Shown here: one piece after another, positions 29,564 to 40,379 of the stretch
Layout of the letters: each line of letters starts with the position of its first letter
Numbering within the stretch: the first letter of the stretch is position 1
DNA from: an uncultured delta proteobacterium
GTDB lineage: Bacteria > Desulfobacterota > Binatia > UBA9968
Direction: 5' to 3'
Assembly: GCA_963804165.1 (NCBI GenBank)
Contig: CAWDPO010000017.1
Coordinates: forward strand, 160,001-224,000
DNA: 64,000 nt
Program-made: the position numbers and the translations under genes
Notes under the pieces: generated by a model
Database searches by the model: none
Seen by the model: only the letters and a program-made list of their open reading frames with translations
Told to the model about the DNA's origin: nothing

Positions 29564-31258
29564 ATGCAAGTTCCGAATCCATGCTTTGCATTCGGAAAGT
29601 GTTTTGTCGCCCCGCTCTGGGCTTCATCTGTCGATATGTCTCTAGCGCTTCGATTCCTTCCCAATAGCGACTGTGATGGTCCAAATACGACCGATCGGGC
29701 AGTGCATTGGATCTTACGTATCGGTACGGCCTTGTGCTTTATTGGCCATGGCGCTTTTGGATTTATCGGCAAAGAATCGTGGATAGAATTTTTTGCCCTT
29801 GTTGGGATCGGACGCGAGTGGGGCTATCGGTTTATGCCTATAGTCGGCTCGGTAGATATCTTAACGGGTGTTTTGATTCTCCTTCGGCCTAGAAAGATTT
29901 TGCTCTGGTACATGGTCATATGGGCCTTATGGACGGCGGCACTTCGGCCACTGTCGGGGTCAGGCGTGAGTGAATTTTTGGAGCGCGCCGGAAATTATGG
30001 GATGCCGTTGGCTCTGTTGCTTATTAGCCCGGGAGGCTTGAAGAGCGGACCTTGGATTTCCGGTTTTGGCCCAATTCGCCTTCGTTCCTCCGAGATCTGG
30101 TCACTTGCTACGTTGCTCCAAGTCATGGCGGGATTACTTCTAATCGGCCACGGCTCGTATATTATTTTTGATCAAAAGCAGGAATTGACACATCATTGGT
30201 ATTCCATGGGCGTTTTTTCGTCGTTGAGCGATGCGGGCCGTTTCGCTTGGACAGCTGGAAATTTCGAAATCCTGCTCGGTGCCGTAATTCTCATCAATCC
30301 TGTTCGCACGCTGGTTCTCATTGCGCTTTTCTGGAAAGTACTTACCGAGCTGCTCTATCCGATTTCCGGTGATTATTGGTTTGAGTTCATTGAGCGCTTC
30401 GGAAGTTATTCCGCGCCACTCGCTCTCCTTCTGGTCGTGCGTTTAATGCCATCGAAGCGACTAGAAAATTTCTGGCCGATCTATTTGCTCAGAAAAATTC
30501 CGGTTGCCCTGAATACAAAAACCGAAAGGTCCTTTCTTTACGGTGCTATCATCGTACTGCTAATGACGTTTTCGGCCGGCCGAGAATTAACCTCAGGATC
30601 GACTAGACACGATGCGTCGCCAGGAATTGTGAATCCGGCTGCGGCATCGCTGATCGCCGGGGATGCGCTTGTGGCGCGCCTCCAAGCAGGAGGCTTAACG
30701 CTCTATTTTCGCCATTTTCAAACGACCCTCAACGACGCCGTTGACGATCTTCGTCAGTACGAGCACGGAAAGCTCCAGTTGGAGGACTTCAAGGATTGCA
30801 ATTGGCAACGACCTCTGGCCGCGTTCGGGGTTCAGCGCGCCGCGGCGGTGGGAGAAGCGATTCGGAGACTTAAGATTCCCATCGGAAAAGTGATTGCGAG
30901 TCCCTACTGTCGATGTGTTGACAGCGCCAACCTAGTAACGAATAAGCGACCGGTACTGGAGTTGGGCATCGTATACCGCCGAAAGGAACACACCCGCGAG
31001 CGAATGGAGACATCGGTTCATAAGCTCTTGATGGAAACGGCAGAAGGAAGTAGGAATAATTTTATCGTTGCTCATCGACCTGCTATGGATGGCATAGGAC
31101 TGATTGAGGAAGGCGAAGCGTTCGTTTTTGAGAGAACTGCGGAAGGCAGATATAGACTGATTGCCAAAATTAAGTCCCATGAGTGGGTCGAAGCCCTGGT
31201 TGACCCGAGGCTTTTGGGGCGTGAAGGTGAACAGGGCTACTATCCCCCGCATTTGTAA
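29564..31258 (+). CDS. Fusion of a duplicated DoxX-like membrane domain and a histidine phosphatase domain
   Basis: Internal repeat (FIGHG...EFLERAGNYGMPLAL / LIGHG...EFIERFGSYSAPLAL), followed by YFRH, QRPL, IASPYCRCVDSA and IVAH. Start position uncertain. Confidence 0.7.
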   Translation: MQVPNPCFAFGKCFVAPLWASSVDMSLALRFLPNSDCDGPNTTDRAVHWILRIGTALCFIGHGAFGFIGKESWIEFFALVGIGREWGYRFMPIVGSVDILTGVLILLRPRKILLWYMVIWALWTAALRPLSGSGVSEFLERAGNYGMPLALLLISPGGLKSGPWISGFGPIRLRSSEIWSLATLLQVMAGLLLIGHGSYIIFDQKQELTHHWYSMGVFSSLSDAGRFAWTAGNFEILLGAVILINPVRTLVLIALFWKVLTELLYPISGDYWFEFIERFGSYSAPLALLLVVRLMPSKRLENFWPIYLLRKIPVALNTKTERSFLYGAIIVLLMTFSAGRELTSGSTRHDASPGIVNPAAASLIAGDALVARLQAGGLTLYFRHFQTTLNDAVDDLRQYEHGKLQLEDFKDCNWQRPLAAFGVQRAAAVGEAIRRLKIPIGKVIASPYCRCVDSANLVTNKRPVLELGIVYRRKEHTRERMETSVHKLLMETAEGSRNNFIVAHRPAMDGIGLIEEGEAFVFERTAEGRYRLIAKIKSHEWVEALVDPRLLGREGEQGYYPPHL

Positions 31259-31370
31259 ACCCCAACATTAGGTCGGAATCCTCGCGCCATATTCCCGCTG
31301 AGTTATTCCGATGTTTTCTTGGTGCTCCAACAATTTTCCCATCTCCCTACCGGTTAGGATGGAGCTCTCT

Positions 31371-32162
31371 ATGCAACAGCTTGCAAAAATTGCCTTCCCC
31401 GAGGTCGCGCGACTCGGACAATCGGGGAAAGCTCTAGTGATTTTACCAGTGGGCGTAGTCGAAGAGCACGGCGCCCATTTGCCGCTTGGGTTAGATTCGT
31501 TCGCGGCGGAAATATACGCGGCGTCCGCCGCGCCGCATCTCGAGCAGAACGGTTACGAGGTTGTTGTCGCGCCGACGATCAGTTATGGCGTCGCGCGGGC
31601 GGCGATCGACTTTCCTGGGACGCTGTCACTGGAGCCGGAAACGTTACGGTCGATGATCGTCGATATCGGTACCTCACTGGCGCGGCACGGGCTGAAGAGA
31701 CTGGTTGTCTTGAACGGCCACCGCGACATGCATCACATGAAGGCCTTGGATGAAGCGCGGTCGATGCTGGAGAACGCGAAGGCTGCGCAAGTTCTTTGCG
31801 TCGGATTCGCCAGCGATCCGGAAATGACCGCGGCGTGCTATCGCGAAGGAGTTAGGAAGTTCTACAAGAGCCCACGCCCCGATCGGGAAGGTCACGGCGG
31901 CGAGTCGGAAACGTCGGTGGCGCTCTATAGTTTTCCTGAATTAGTAAAGCAAGACATCCTGAGAACCCTAGAGCCAAATTTCGACTACGACGTCGACGCT
32001 TTCCGAAACGAGAGCAGAGATTACGGCAGTATCAGCGGCGGCCGCGGTTATTTCGGTTGGCCGCAGGCGGCGACTGCGGAAACAGGCAAGCAGCTTGTCG
32101 CTATCCGTGGGCAGAATATCGCAAATGTGATTCTGAAGGCGTGGGGCACGCCGGGATCGTGA
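31371..32162 (+). CDS. Creatininase / creatinine amidohydrolase family protein
   Basis: PVGVVEEHGAHLPLGLD, FPGTLSL, NGH and HGGESETS motifs. Confidence 0.92.
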   Translation: MQQLAKIAFPEVARLGQSGKALVILPVGVVEEHGAHLPLGLDSFAAEIYAASAAPHLEQNGYEVVVAPTISYGVARAAIDFPGTLSLEPETLRSMIVDIGTSLARHGLKRLVVLNGHRDMHHMKALDEARSMLENAKAAQVLCVGFASDPEMTAACYREGVRKFYKSPRPDREGHGGESETSVALYSFPELVKQDILRTLEPNFDYDVDAFRNESRDYGSISGGRGYFGWPQAATAETGKQLVAIRGQNIANVILKAWGTPGS

Positions 32163-32220
32163 AACGTGTTCAGGGCTCGTGCTCGGAATCCAACATGTTC
32201 ACGGGACACGAGCACGAATC

Positions 32221-33081
32221 TTATTTTACCAACGCGATGGCGATCACACCAGCGACGACAGACAACGTTCCGATCACGCTTGCCAGAGTAAATTGTTCCA
32301 CACGACGCAGAAAAATCGCGCCGAGCAGCGCCGTCCAAATCGGCGAGATCGCCGTAATAGGGGAGACAGTCACGACTGAACCCACCGAAAAGGCGTGGAG
32401 CATGAACAACACCGCCATCGTTTGCCGAGACCACTGAAGAGAAACGGCCAGAGCGCTCGCCGATCCCAGACGAGTTTTTCCGTATTGGCCGGGGTATGAT
32501 AGTAGGCGGCAAACGAAAGCAGCGAAATCGGTCCCACCAGGGCGGCAAAAAAGAGCGGCTCATTGGACTGCAGGAGCGCATAGCGCCGTAGCGGATGAAC
32601 CACCGCAGAGATCGCTGCCGTGATCAGTGGATAAATGAAATAGAGCCAGCGAAAATCTTTGAATTGTTCGTCCAGCTTCCAAGAGCTGAGCACGATACCG
32701 GCCATAATCAGCGCAAATCCTATGGCGCCGAGAAAGGTTATTCGCTCGCCGAGGAAAATCATACCGATCAGCACGCTCAAAACCGGATAGGAATTGCGCA
32801 GTGATCGCGCGCGAGGTGCCGATCTTCTCCATACCTTTGTATTGAAAGAACCGCATGGCTGGCTGCACGATGCCGGTCAGCAAGATTGCGCCGGCACCCA
32901 ACCAGGCAACGGTTGGAATACCGCCAGTCATAAACACCGCGAGCCAGAGCACAATGGTATGGATGATTAGCGACACGAACGTTGCCGTCAAAGGCGTGGA
33001 GTATCGCATGCCATGCCTCACCGTGACGTTGGAGACGCCAAAAGAGAGGGCGGTGAGCCAGGCGAAGAACTGCGGAGACAT
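32221..33081 (-). CDS. DMT/EamA family transporter (two apparent indels)
   Basis: Three overlapping hydrophobic ORFs join into one 10-TM EamA protein. Confidence 0.8.
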
Positions 33082-33258
33082 GTTTGAAAAGGATGAGGGA
33101 TAAAGGCGGAAGAATGAAGTCGGACTTGCTAATGATTCCTTAGGGTGTATCTGTTAGTGCGGTTAACTTACACGAGATTCGACTTCGGTGAAACTAAGAT
33201 TGCAAAGTGACGGGTGCGGGGAGTAAAAGCGGCAAGACCCAACCAAAAGGAGGATGCC

Positions 33259-33630
33259 ATGGCTTTCAGAATCAACCATCTTCATCTCAAGACGCCGGAT
33301 CCGAAAAAGACCGCCGACTTTTACGTCGAGTACACCGGAGCGAAAGTCGTCAAAGAAAACACCAGACCCGATGGCAGCAAAAACTTTCGCTTGGACCTGC
33401 ACGGCGTGGAGCTCAACGTCACGCAGTTTCTCGAAGAACAGAAATTGGGCCAGTTCTACGGTCTCGAACATGTCGCCATCGACACCAACAACTTCGACGG
33501 CGAAGTCAATAAGATCAAATCCGCCGGCTTGAAAATCCTCGAAGAGCGCGTGCTGCCCGACGGTCGGCGGGTTTGTTTCTTCGAAGGGCCGGAAGGGGTG
33601 CGCCTGGAGTTTCTGGAGTGGAAGCAATAG
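33259..33630 (+). CDS. VOC/glyoxalase family protein
   Basis: INHLHL, GLEHVAI and FFEGPEGVRLE motifs; AGGAGG RBS. Confidence 0.9.
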   Translation: MAFRINHLHLKTPDPKKTADFYVEYTGAKVVKENTRPDGSKNFRLDLHGVELNVTQFLEEQKLGQFYGLEHVAIDTNNFDGEVNKIKSAGLKILEERVLPDGRRVCFFEGPEGVRLEFLEWKQ

Positions 33631-33642
33631 GCCACGAAGGCG

Positions 33643-33719
33643 TTGGAGTATTGGAGTGATGGAGTACTGGGTTTTTCTCCAATCCCATTATTTCAACATT
33701 CCACTACTCATCACTCCAA
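33643..33719. repeat. Intergenic imperfect palindrome of 8-bp units (TGGAGTAT/TGGAGTGA ... TCACTCCA)
   Basis: Lies between convergent genes; a half copy is present at 51412-51433. Confidence 0.6.
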
Positions 33720-33729
33720 GCTTAGGGTT

Positions 33730-34708
33730 TTATTTCTCGCGGAGCGCTTTCTCCAGCGGTCCGTTATCTCGGAACGGCTCGGGCCAGCCGATGTAATCCT
33801 TGAATTCCGGGCGGGCTTTGACGAGATCGTGGATTACATTCTCGATGCCTTTATCCGGGACGATAAGGCGCGGGCTTGAACAAGCGGGCATAAGCCTCGA
33901 CGGTTTTCTTGGTGATCGCTGCGTCTTTCTCGCGCATCCATTTGGTGAATGATTTTTCGGCGAAGCGAAGATCTTTTTTGATTAAGTGAATTCCCGCCAC
34001 GTAAGCGCGCAAGAATTCGTGCGTAGTTTTGGGTTCGGCTTTGATAAACGCCCGGCTGCTGGTGACGCACGATGAGGGGTAGATGAGATCGGTGGTGCTG
34101 AGATCGACGAGTACCGGCCAGCCGCGCTGTAAAAATGGAATTGCGTAGCGTGTGGTGAGGGCGGCGGCAGCGATGGCGCCGCGGTCGAGCGCCACGACCA
34201 TCTCCGGCCCTGCGCCGAGTTGGAGAATCGTCATATCTTTTTCCGGGTTCAAGCCGACGTGCTTGAGCGCGGCGCGCAAATAAAAGTGTGTCGTCGAGCC
34301 GTAGCGCGTAACGGCGCTGGCCTGGCCTTTTAAATCTTGCGCCGATTTTATTTCCGGCCGCGTGATTAAATAAACGGGGTCGGCGTCGACGGGACACGCC
34401 AATAAAACTACGTCGCCGCCCGCCGCCCGGGCAGCCACGACGGACTCGGCGCCAGCACCGGAAAACGGCAAATCACCCGTGATGATGGCCAACGTAATTA
34501 GAGAGCCGCCGCGGACTTGAACCACCTCGACGTTAAGTCCGGCTTTCTCGAAGAACCCGGCGTCTTTGGCGACCCAGATGGGCAGATGGGACGGTGAAGC
34601 GGTGGTGCCATAGAGAATCCGTTTGAGTTCTGCGGCATATCCGTGATGGTGAGTTGAACAGAGCGATGCCAGGGAAAGAAAAAACAGAGTTCGGCAAATC
34701 GGGCTCAT
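33730..34708 (-). CDS. NMT1/THI5-family SBP (indel near C-terminus)
   Basis: Paralog of the two upstream SBPs; the alternative frame continues to ...RDNGPLEKALREK* at 33730. Confidence 0.85.
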
Positions 34709-35673
34709 AATTTCGGCAAGGCTCGCTCCAACGGAGCATGATCACGGAACAGCTCCGGGTGGCCGATAAGCTCTTTCGGCACCGGACGCTGGTTCGCTAG
34801 ATCTTTGAGGATGTTTTCAATTCCTTTGTCCGGCACATACGGTGCTGCCTTGAACAAACGGACGAAGGCTTCCACGGATCTGGTCAAGTTCGCCGATTCT
34901 TTTTCCTTCAGCCATTTAATCAAAGTTCGTTCAGCGAGCTTTGCATCCTTCTTGATCATCTGAATCGCGCTCACATACGTGTTCAGGAAAGCAGTGACGG
35001 TTTTAGGCTCGGCTTTGACAAATGCGCGGCTGCTGGTCACGCAAGATGACGGATAGACTAGATCGGTTTTGCTCAAATCGACGAGCACCGGCCAGTTGCG
35101 CTGCATGAACGGTAAGACATCGCGTATCGTCAATGCGGCCGCGGCGATTCTGCCACTCTCCAGCGCACTGACGATCTCCGGGCTGCCGCCGAGCTGGAGG
35201 AGAGTCATCTCTTTGTCGGAGTCCACGCCGACCATTCTCGCAGCGTTGCGGAGATAAAAATGGATCGACGAGTTGAGGCGCGTGATTCCGGCCGCTTTCC
35301 CTTTGAGATCGGACGGAGATTTTATCTCGGGGCGCGCGATGAGAGACACCGGCTCCAGATCCGTGGGGCACGCAAGCAACACAATGTCGCCCCCCTCGAC
35401 ACGGGCGGCGACCACCGAGCCGGCGCCGACGCCGGAAAGAACCGTTTGGCTGCTCATAATCGCCATGGTGCTGACCGCGCCGCCGCGAATCTGTACCGGT
35501 TCGACGTTCAGGCCGTTCTTGGCGAAAAGCCCCGTGTCTTTGCCGACCCAGACCGGTAAATGCGCGATGGAAGTCGAGGTGCCGTAGAGGATGCGTTTTA
35601 ACTCCTGCGCGTAAGCTGACGGCTGGCTGAGCAGCAGCGCGACGGCTATAAAAAAGACTCGAGCGACTTTCAT
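34705..35673 (-). CDS. NMT1/THI5-family SBP
   Basis: Signal peptide and HLPVWVGKDTGLFAKNGL; 4-bp overlaps with both neighbours. Confidence 0.9.
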   Translation of the reverse strand: MKVARVFFIAVALLLSQPSAYAQELKRILYGTSTSIAHLPVWVGKDTGLFAKNGLNVEPVQIRGGAVSTMAIMSSQTVLSGVGAGSVVAARVEGGDIVLLACPTDLEPVSLIARPEIKSPSDLKGKAAGITRLNSSIHFYLRNAARMVGVDSDKEMTLLQLGGSPEIVSALESGRIAAAALTIRDVLPFMQRNWPVLVDLSKTDLVYPSSCVTSSRAFVKAEPKTVTAFLNTYVSAIQMIKKDAKLAERTLIKWLKEKESANLTRSVEAFVRLFKAAPYVPDKGIENILKDLANQRPVPKELIGHPELFRDHAPLERALPKL

Positions 35674-36644
35674 GATTTCGATAGCACCCTGTCAAGCGGA
35701 CCGTTGTCGCGAAACAGCTCTGGACGGCCGATGAATTCTTTCGTCACGGGCCGTCGACTGGCCAGGTCTTTTATTACGGTTTCGATACCCTTGTCCGGCA
35801 CATAAGGCGGTGACTTAAACAACTTCGCATAAGACTCGACGGTCTTCTTAATCAAATGCGGATCTTTTTCTCTTAGCCACTTGGCGAAGGTTCTCTCTGC
35901 GAAGTTTTGATCTTTCTTAATCAATTGGATTGCCGCGACATAGGCGCGCAGAAAATCGTCGACTACTTTCGGCTCGGCCTTCACAAAGGCGCGGCTGCTG
36001 GCGACACAAGACGAAGGATAAATTAATTCGGTAGTGCTCAAGTCGACGAACATCGGCCAACCTCGTTGTAACAGCGGGATGGCATAGCGGTTGGTCAGCG
36101 CGGCCATGGAAATGCGGTTGCTCTCCATCGCTGATACGGCCTCCGTGCCGGTGCCGAGTTGCAAAATCGTGACGTCCTTTTCGGGATCGAGACCTACGTG
36201 GCGCAACGCCGCGCGCAAATAGAAATGGGTTGTTGAACCCAAACGGGTCACCGCCGTCGCTTTGCCCTTTAGCTCAGCGACAGATTTAATTTCCGGCCGC
36301 GCGATCAAATAGACAGGATCCGAATCGACGGGACAAGCGAGAAGGACAATGTCGCCGCCTTCCACGCGCGCGGCTACGGCGGATTCGGCTCCCGCGCCGG
36401 AAAATTGCAGCTGCCCGCTCATGATGCCCATCGTGATCAGTGCACCGCCGCGGATATGCACCGGCTCGACGTTCAAACTGTTCTTGGCAAAAAGTCCTGC
36501 GTCCTTGGCGACCCAGATCGGTAGATGCGCCGTCGATGTAGTCGTTCCGTAGTGAATACGGCGAAGCTCCTGCGCCGGCGCGGACGAAGATAAGCCGAAT
36601 AAGACATAGACACTGAGCAAACAGAGGAATGACTTCTGGCGCAT
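35670..36644 (-). CDS. NMT1/THI5-family SBP
   Basis: Signal peptide and HLPIWVAKDAGLFAKN. Confidence 0.9.
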   Translation of the reverse strand: MRQKSFLCLLSVYVLFGLSSSAPAQELRRIHYGTTTSTAHLPIWVAKDAGLFAKNSLNVEPVHIRGGALITMGIMSGQLQFSGAGAESAVAARVEGGDIVLLACPVDSDPVYLIARPEIKSVAELKGKATAVTRLGSTTHFYLRAALRHVGLDPEKDVTILQLGTGTEAVSAMESNRISMAALTNRYAIPLLQRGWPMFVDLSTTELIYPSSCVASSRAFVKAEPKVVDDFLRAYVAAIQLIKKDQNFAERTFAKWLREKDPHLIKKTVESYAKLFKSPPYVPDKGIETVIKDLASRRPVTKEFIGRPELFRDNGPLDRVLSKS

Positions 36645-36659
36645 CTTATCGGTCCCCGG

Positions 36660-37130
36660 TCATTTGCTGAAGTATGCAGCTTCGGCCTTTTCCTGGTCGT
36701 AGGGAACGAACTGGTTTGTGCCCGGGCCGCGTATCTCCGGTTTCTCGCCTTCGTCGAACAGCGCCGCGGCGCTATCTCCGGCGCGTCCGCCGATCAGTCC
36801 GGGAGCATGCGCTTCCGCGACAGTGGCATCTTTGTCCGAACGGTTGAAGGCCCAATGCACCGTATTGGCGGGGATACGATGGAAGTCGCCTTGCTTACAG
36901 AGGTAACCTTTGTCTTTAACGAAAAACCAAATCTCGCCTTCCAATACGTAGTTGATCTGTTCGGACTCATGCTGGTGCGGCTTGGTGTGATAACCCGGCC
37001 TTCTGGTCGCGATCATCAGGCTGCACTCGTTACCGTAGCCTTTGCGGACAGTCATGGCACCGGTTCCGGCCTCTCCGGTCTGAACTCGGTTGTATTCTGG
37101 AACTTCGTTGCTCTTGACGTGTAGCGACAT
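36660..37130 (-). CDS. Cupin domain protein
   Basis: PHQHESEQINYVLEG and GDFHRIPANTVH motifs; ATG at 37130 behind GGAGG. Confidence 0.88.
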   Translation of the reverse strand: MSLHVKSNEVPEYNRVQTGEAGTGAMTVRKGYGNECSLMIATRRPGYHTKPHQHESEQINYVLEGEIWFFVKDKGYLCKQGDFHRIPANTVHWAFNRSDKDATVAEAHAPGLIGGRAGDSAAALFDEGEKPEIRGPGTNQFVPYDQEKAEAAYFSK

Positions 37131-37284
37131 AAAAATCCTCCCTTTGAATTGGATCGTAATGTAGCTAATTGCTACGCTATATCCCGCCCATTGGTCAAGC
37201 TGGATTGTCGAGTTGAAAGCTCGATCGGTTGACTCCGTTGACAGCAAGCGGTCATGGAAGTAAAGGAATGGTCGAGGTTAATGA

Positions 37285-38262
37285 ATGAAGGCACTCCCGG
37301 CGTTCCTATTTCTTCTTTCATTAGTGTCTTTCGCGGCTCCGGTTTCCGCACAGAAACTGATGCTTGCTCATGTAGCGGTGAATCCAAGCCAAGGCATGCT
37401 GCATCTGGCAAAGGACTCCGGAATTCTCGCCAAGTACGGTTTTACGGCAGACGTGCTCTTGATCCCCGGCACGCCGCGGACGATCCAGGCGTTGATTGCC
37501 GGCGATCTCGATTACGTCGCGGCCGGCGCGCCGGCATCGCTCCGAGCGCGGGCTCAAGGCGCCGATGTGACGATCCTCTCGACTCTCGCCAACTCCTCGG
37601 CCCAGCGCGTCTTCATCCGGCCCGATTCTAAATTGAACAGTTTCATGGACCTCAAAGGCAAGCTCATCGGCGTCACTCAATACGGCTCCGGAGGCGATAC
37701 CTTTCTGCGCGGAGCCTTGCGTAAGCACGGCATCAAGGAATCCGAAGTCACCATCCTGCAGATGGGCGGCACGCCGGGAGTGGCGCAGGGCTTGGAGTCT
37801 GGGCGCATCGAAGTCGGTGTGCTGGGCGATTCGGGCTTGTTGTTGGTTTTTCGCGGCCGGGCAAAACCCTTGAAAGGCGCCAGCGCGCGCGAAATGGGTT
37901 TCCGCGGCACCGACGCGCCGCTCACGACCACTGACCGTAAGATCAAAGGCGACCGTGCAGCCGTCGTGCGCTTCATGCAGGCGTATATCGAGACCGTGCA
38001 CTTTTTTCAGACCAACAAACCTGCCACCGCTCGCCTCCTCTCAAAGTACATGCGTGGCGTCAGCGAAGAGCACATTTCACTGTGGTGCGATGATTTGCGC
38101 TCGTTGATCCGGCAAGTGCCCTACCCCGACGAAGAGGCGCTGCGCACCGAGTTGGAGATGATGAACATCCCGGGCGGACAGATTCCGCCCGGTTATATCA
38201 ACAACAGCATTCTCGACGAGATAAAAAAAAGCGGGTTCATAGACAAATTGTATAAACAATAA
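37285..38262 (+). CDS. NMT1/THI5-family SBP
   Basis: Signal peptide; DLKGKLIGVTQYGS and INNSILDEIKKSGFIDKLY. Confidence 0.9.
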   Translation: MKALPAFLFLLSLVSFAAPVSAQKLMLAHVAVNPSQGMLHLAKDSGILAKYGFTADVLLIPGTPRTIQALIAGDLDYVAAGAPASLRARAQGADVTILSTLANSSAQRVFIRPDSKLNSFMDLKGKLIGVTQYGSGGDTFLRGALRKHGIKESEVTILQMGGTPGVAQGLESGRIEVGVLGDSGLLLVFRGRAKPLKGASAREMGFRGTDAPLTTTDRKIKGDRAAVVRFMQAYIETVHFFQTNKPATARLLSKYMRGVSEEHISLWCDDLRSLIRQVPYPDEEALRTELEMMNIPGGQIPPGYINNSILDEIKKSGFIDKLYKQ

Positions 38263-38596
38263 AAGTCGCCTCCGGTATGGCGGCGCGTCGGGTTCTCCCT
38301 CTCCCCACAGTCCGTTTTCACGTTCGGCCTCAACGACTTAACCCCCGGTTTGCAATCCTTCCCTCGAAGGTGGTGTAAACGAAAATAAAACTTGCGCTGC
38401 CGCCGCGAGGCGCGCCTTTGTCAACGAAATGTAAATGTTCACCCGAGGTCGATTCAAGCGCTTTCTCGTTTGAGTTCAATTCGCGGGCCTCGGTCATTCG
38501 ACGCTACTTCGCTCAACTTTGACAAAGTCTCATTGAAGTCGGTCGCGCTTCGCCGCTGTGCCGTGAGCATGCGCTTAATACCGGCAATATCCTCTT

Positions 38597-38952
38597 TCAA
38601 TGCTCATCGTTCAGTGCTCCCCTCCACATCCTCGGGCTTCCTCGTGAACATTTGGAACAACTCCGCAGGAACCAAGCCCGCCTCGACCGACGCCCGGCAC
38701 GTGTCCGCAACGTCCTGGTAGCTCTCCGCCTTGGGCGTCTCCTGCGGCGGCTGCGCGTAGTATCCGGCCTGTTTGGCACGGGCAGCCTGCTGAGCAGCAA
38801 TGCCAAAGCATTCTTGTCGCCATTCAAGGCCCGCGACCACAATGTTTGTGCGAGTAACGCGACCGGTGGACGCCGCTGTCGGTCGCGCGGGGGTTGCTGC
38901 GCTCCGCGAGCTTTAACAGTTCCGACTCTAACGACGTCTTGCGCTTACTCAT
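38597..38952 (-). pseudogene. Phage-like hypothetical protein, frameshifted
   Basis: ATG at 38952 overlaps the stop of the RHH gene. MSKRKTSLESELLKLAE is followed in another frame by LWSRALNGDKNALALLLSRLP. Confidence 0.35.
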
Positions 38953-39127
38953 TCGCAGCCTCCGCCGCTGGGATTTTGTCGAGCAAGCGCTTCAATCGGA
39001 GTCGCAAGCTGAGGCGCGTCACCTCGGACAGGTTTACGCCGATGCGCTCCGACGCCTCGTTGAGTTTCCGCTTGTGTGCTTCGGTGATCTTGACTTGCAA
39101 CAGGTGGTCGAATCTCGTCACGCGCAT
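38945..39127 (-). CDS. Ribbon-helix-helix-like small DNA-binding protein
   Basis: LLQVKITEAHKRKLNEASERIGVNLSEVTR fits a strand-helix-G-helix pattern; GGAG RBS. Confidence 0.55.
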   Translation of the reverse strand: MRVTRFDHLLQVKITEAHKRKLNEASERIGVNLSEVTRLSLRLRLKRLLDKIPAAEAANE

Positions 39128-39146
39128 AGTCTCCGTGCCCCGAAAT

Positions 39147-39201
39147 AAAAAAAGGCCAAGAGGAGAATCCGCCGATTCACGGCGGCCCTGCCCTTGGCCT
39201 T
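39147..39201 (-). terminator. Terminator/attenuator-like hairpin upstream of the RHH gene
   Basis: Minus strand AAGGCCAAG...(CCGCCG TGAAT CGGCGG)...CTTGGCCTT, running into a T tract. Confidence 0.5.
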
Positions 39202-39539
39202 GTGAAAAACAAACTACCCTTTACTTGCTCTTACACTAACGCCGCATAGGGTGCGAAATCAAGAAATTTTCACACCGAAGTCCCCATGTCTGAAAATTTC
39301 TCAGAGTTGGCCCGTCGGTAAAAAAACGGCACCTGAGTACAACCCCCATAGCCGGAGCTGCTCAGCGGCTCCGCGGTTTAGTCCAACACGTTTTATCCCC
39401 TTAGCGATACTCCAGCGCCATCAAGCAACTTGATTGCCGCCAACCTTTACGGATAAAACGCTATACGTTAGGCATCAAGAGCGTGCACTCAATGGATACC
39501 GCCGTGTATCGTGATGGTGCTCACCAAGAGCTGCGCAGC

Positions 39540-40288
39540 ATGCGCGTTGTGTCGTGGAATATTCGCCATGGCGGCGGGCGGCGGCAAGATGCCATCTATC
39601 ATGCCCTCGTCGGCCACACACCGGACATCATCATCCTCACCGAGTATCGCCCGAGTGCCACCGTGTCTCTGCTTGGGCGCCTCGCTGCAGCAGGCTGGCC
39701 GCACGCGTTAACTTCCGATCCGGCGCCGCGCTGCAATGGCATAGCCATTCTGTCGCGAGAGCTACTCGATTGAACGTTGCCCGCCCGGGCCCCTGCCACT
39801 GCAGGGTTGGGTGGAAGTCGAAGTTCCAGCGTACGGCTTGGCCATTGGCGCCGTCTATGTCCCGGTCCGGGGACGAGACCTCTCGAAGAAGACCGCTTAC
39901 TGGTGCGGCATACTGCAGGCAGCCGCGGTGAGACGAGACGAGGCGTTCCTCTTCGTGGGCGATTGGAATACGGGTGCATCAATCGGAGACGCGGAGCCAG
40001 AGGGCCGTGGATTCAGCTGCTCCAAGCACTTCGCTGCCATGCCGAAGCATGGGTTCGTTGAGGCGTGGCGCCTACTTCACCCGAATCAGCGGTCATTCTC
40101 TTGGTACAGTCGACGCAATGGTAAAGACCTGCATGGCTTTCGTATCGACCATGCTTTCGTTGGAGCAGCTTCGTGAACGACTGGTCTCGTGCGCAGACGA
40201 CATCGAGCGGTTCGCCGCCACCTCGGACCACGCGGCGCTCCTGGTCGATCTTCGACTTCCCTTGACGCATGTCGTCTTACACGCCTAA
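39540..40288 (+). pseudogene. Endonuclease/exonuclease/phosphatase (ExoIII-like) gene, interrupted
   Basis: VVSWNI, PDIIILTE, NGIAILSR, GDWN, FSWY, RIDHAF and SDH motifs distributed over three ORF pieces. Confidence 0.8.
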
Positions 40289-40379
40289 CAACATGTTGCA
40301 GCGGACACCCACCACGGTCATTCTCGAACAGCAACCACCTGCATTGATTGGTGGGTGTCGCTGAACATGGGCGTTATGC
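40283..40379 (+). other. Integron attC site (97 bp)
   Basis: GCCTAAC ... CATGTT(G)CAGCG(G)ACACCCACCA pairs with TGGTGGGTGTCGCTGAACATG ... GTTATGC, leaving two extrahelical bases. Confidence 0.85.

Larger units (their letters stand above)
39467..40379 (+). mobile_element. Integron gene cassette (GTTAGGC core site through attC)
   Basis: GTTAGGC at 39467 is the exact complement of R'' GCCTAAC at 40283; a single gene lies between them. Confidence 0.8.

Noticed and set aside
38263-38400. tRNA/tmRNA integration target at the island border (also the hairpin at 49443-49480)
   Set aside because: No T-loop GTTCRA or cloverleaf with CCA could be built
39200-39460. Integron integrase gene upstream of the attI-like site
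   Set aside because: No IntI-like reading frame or tyrosine-recombinase motifs found
39771-39773. TGA in the EEP gene as selenocysteine
   Set aside because: Not at a Cys-type motif, and the downstream coding sequence continues in a different frame
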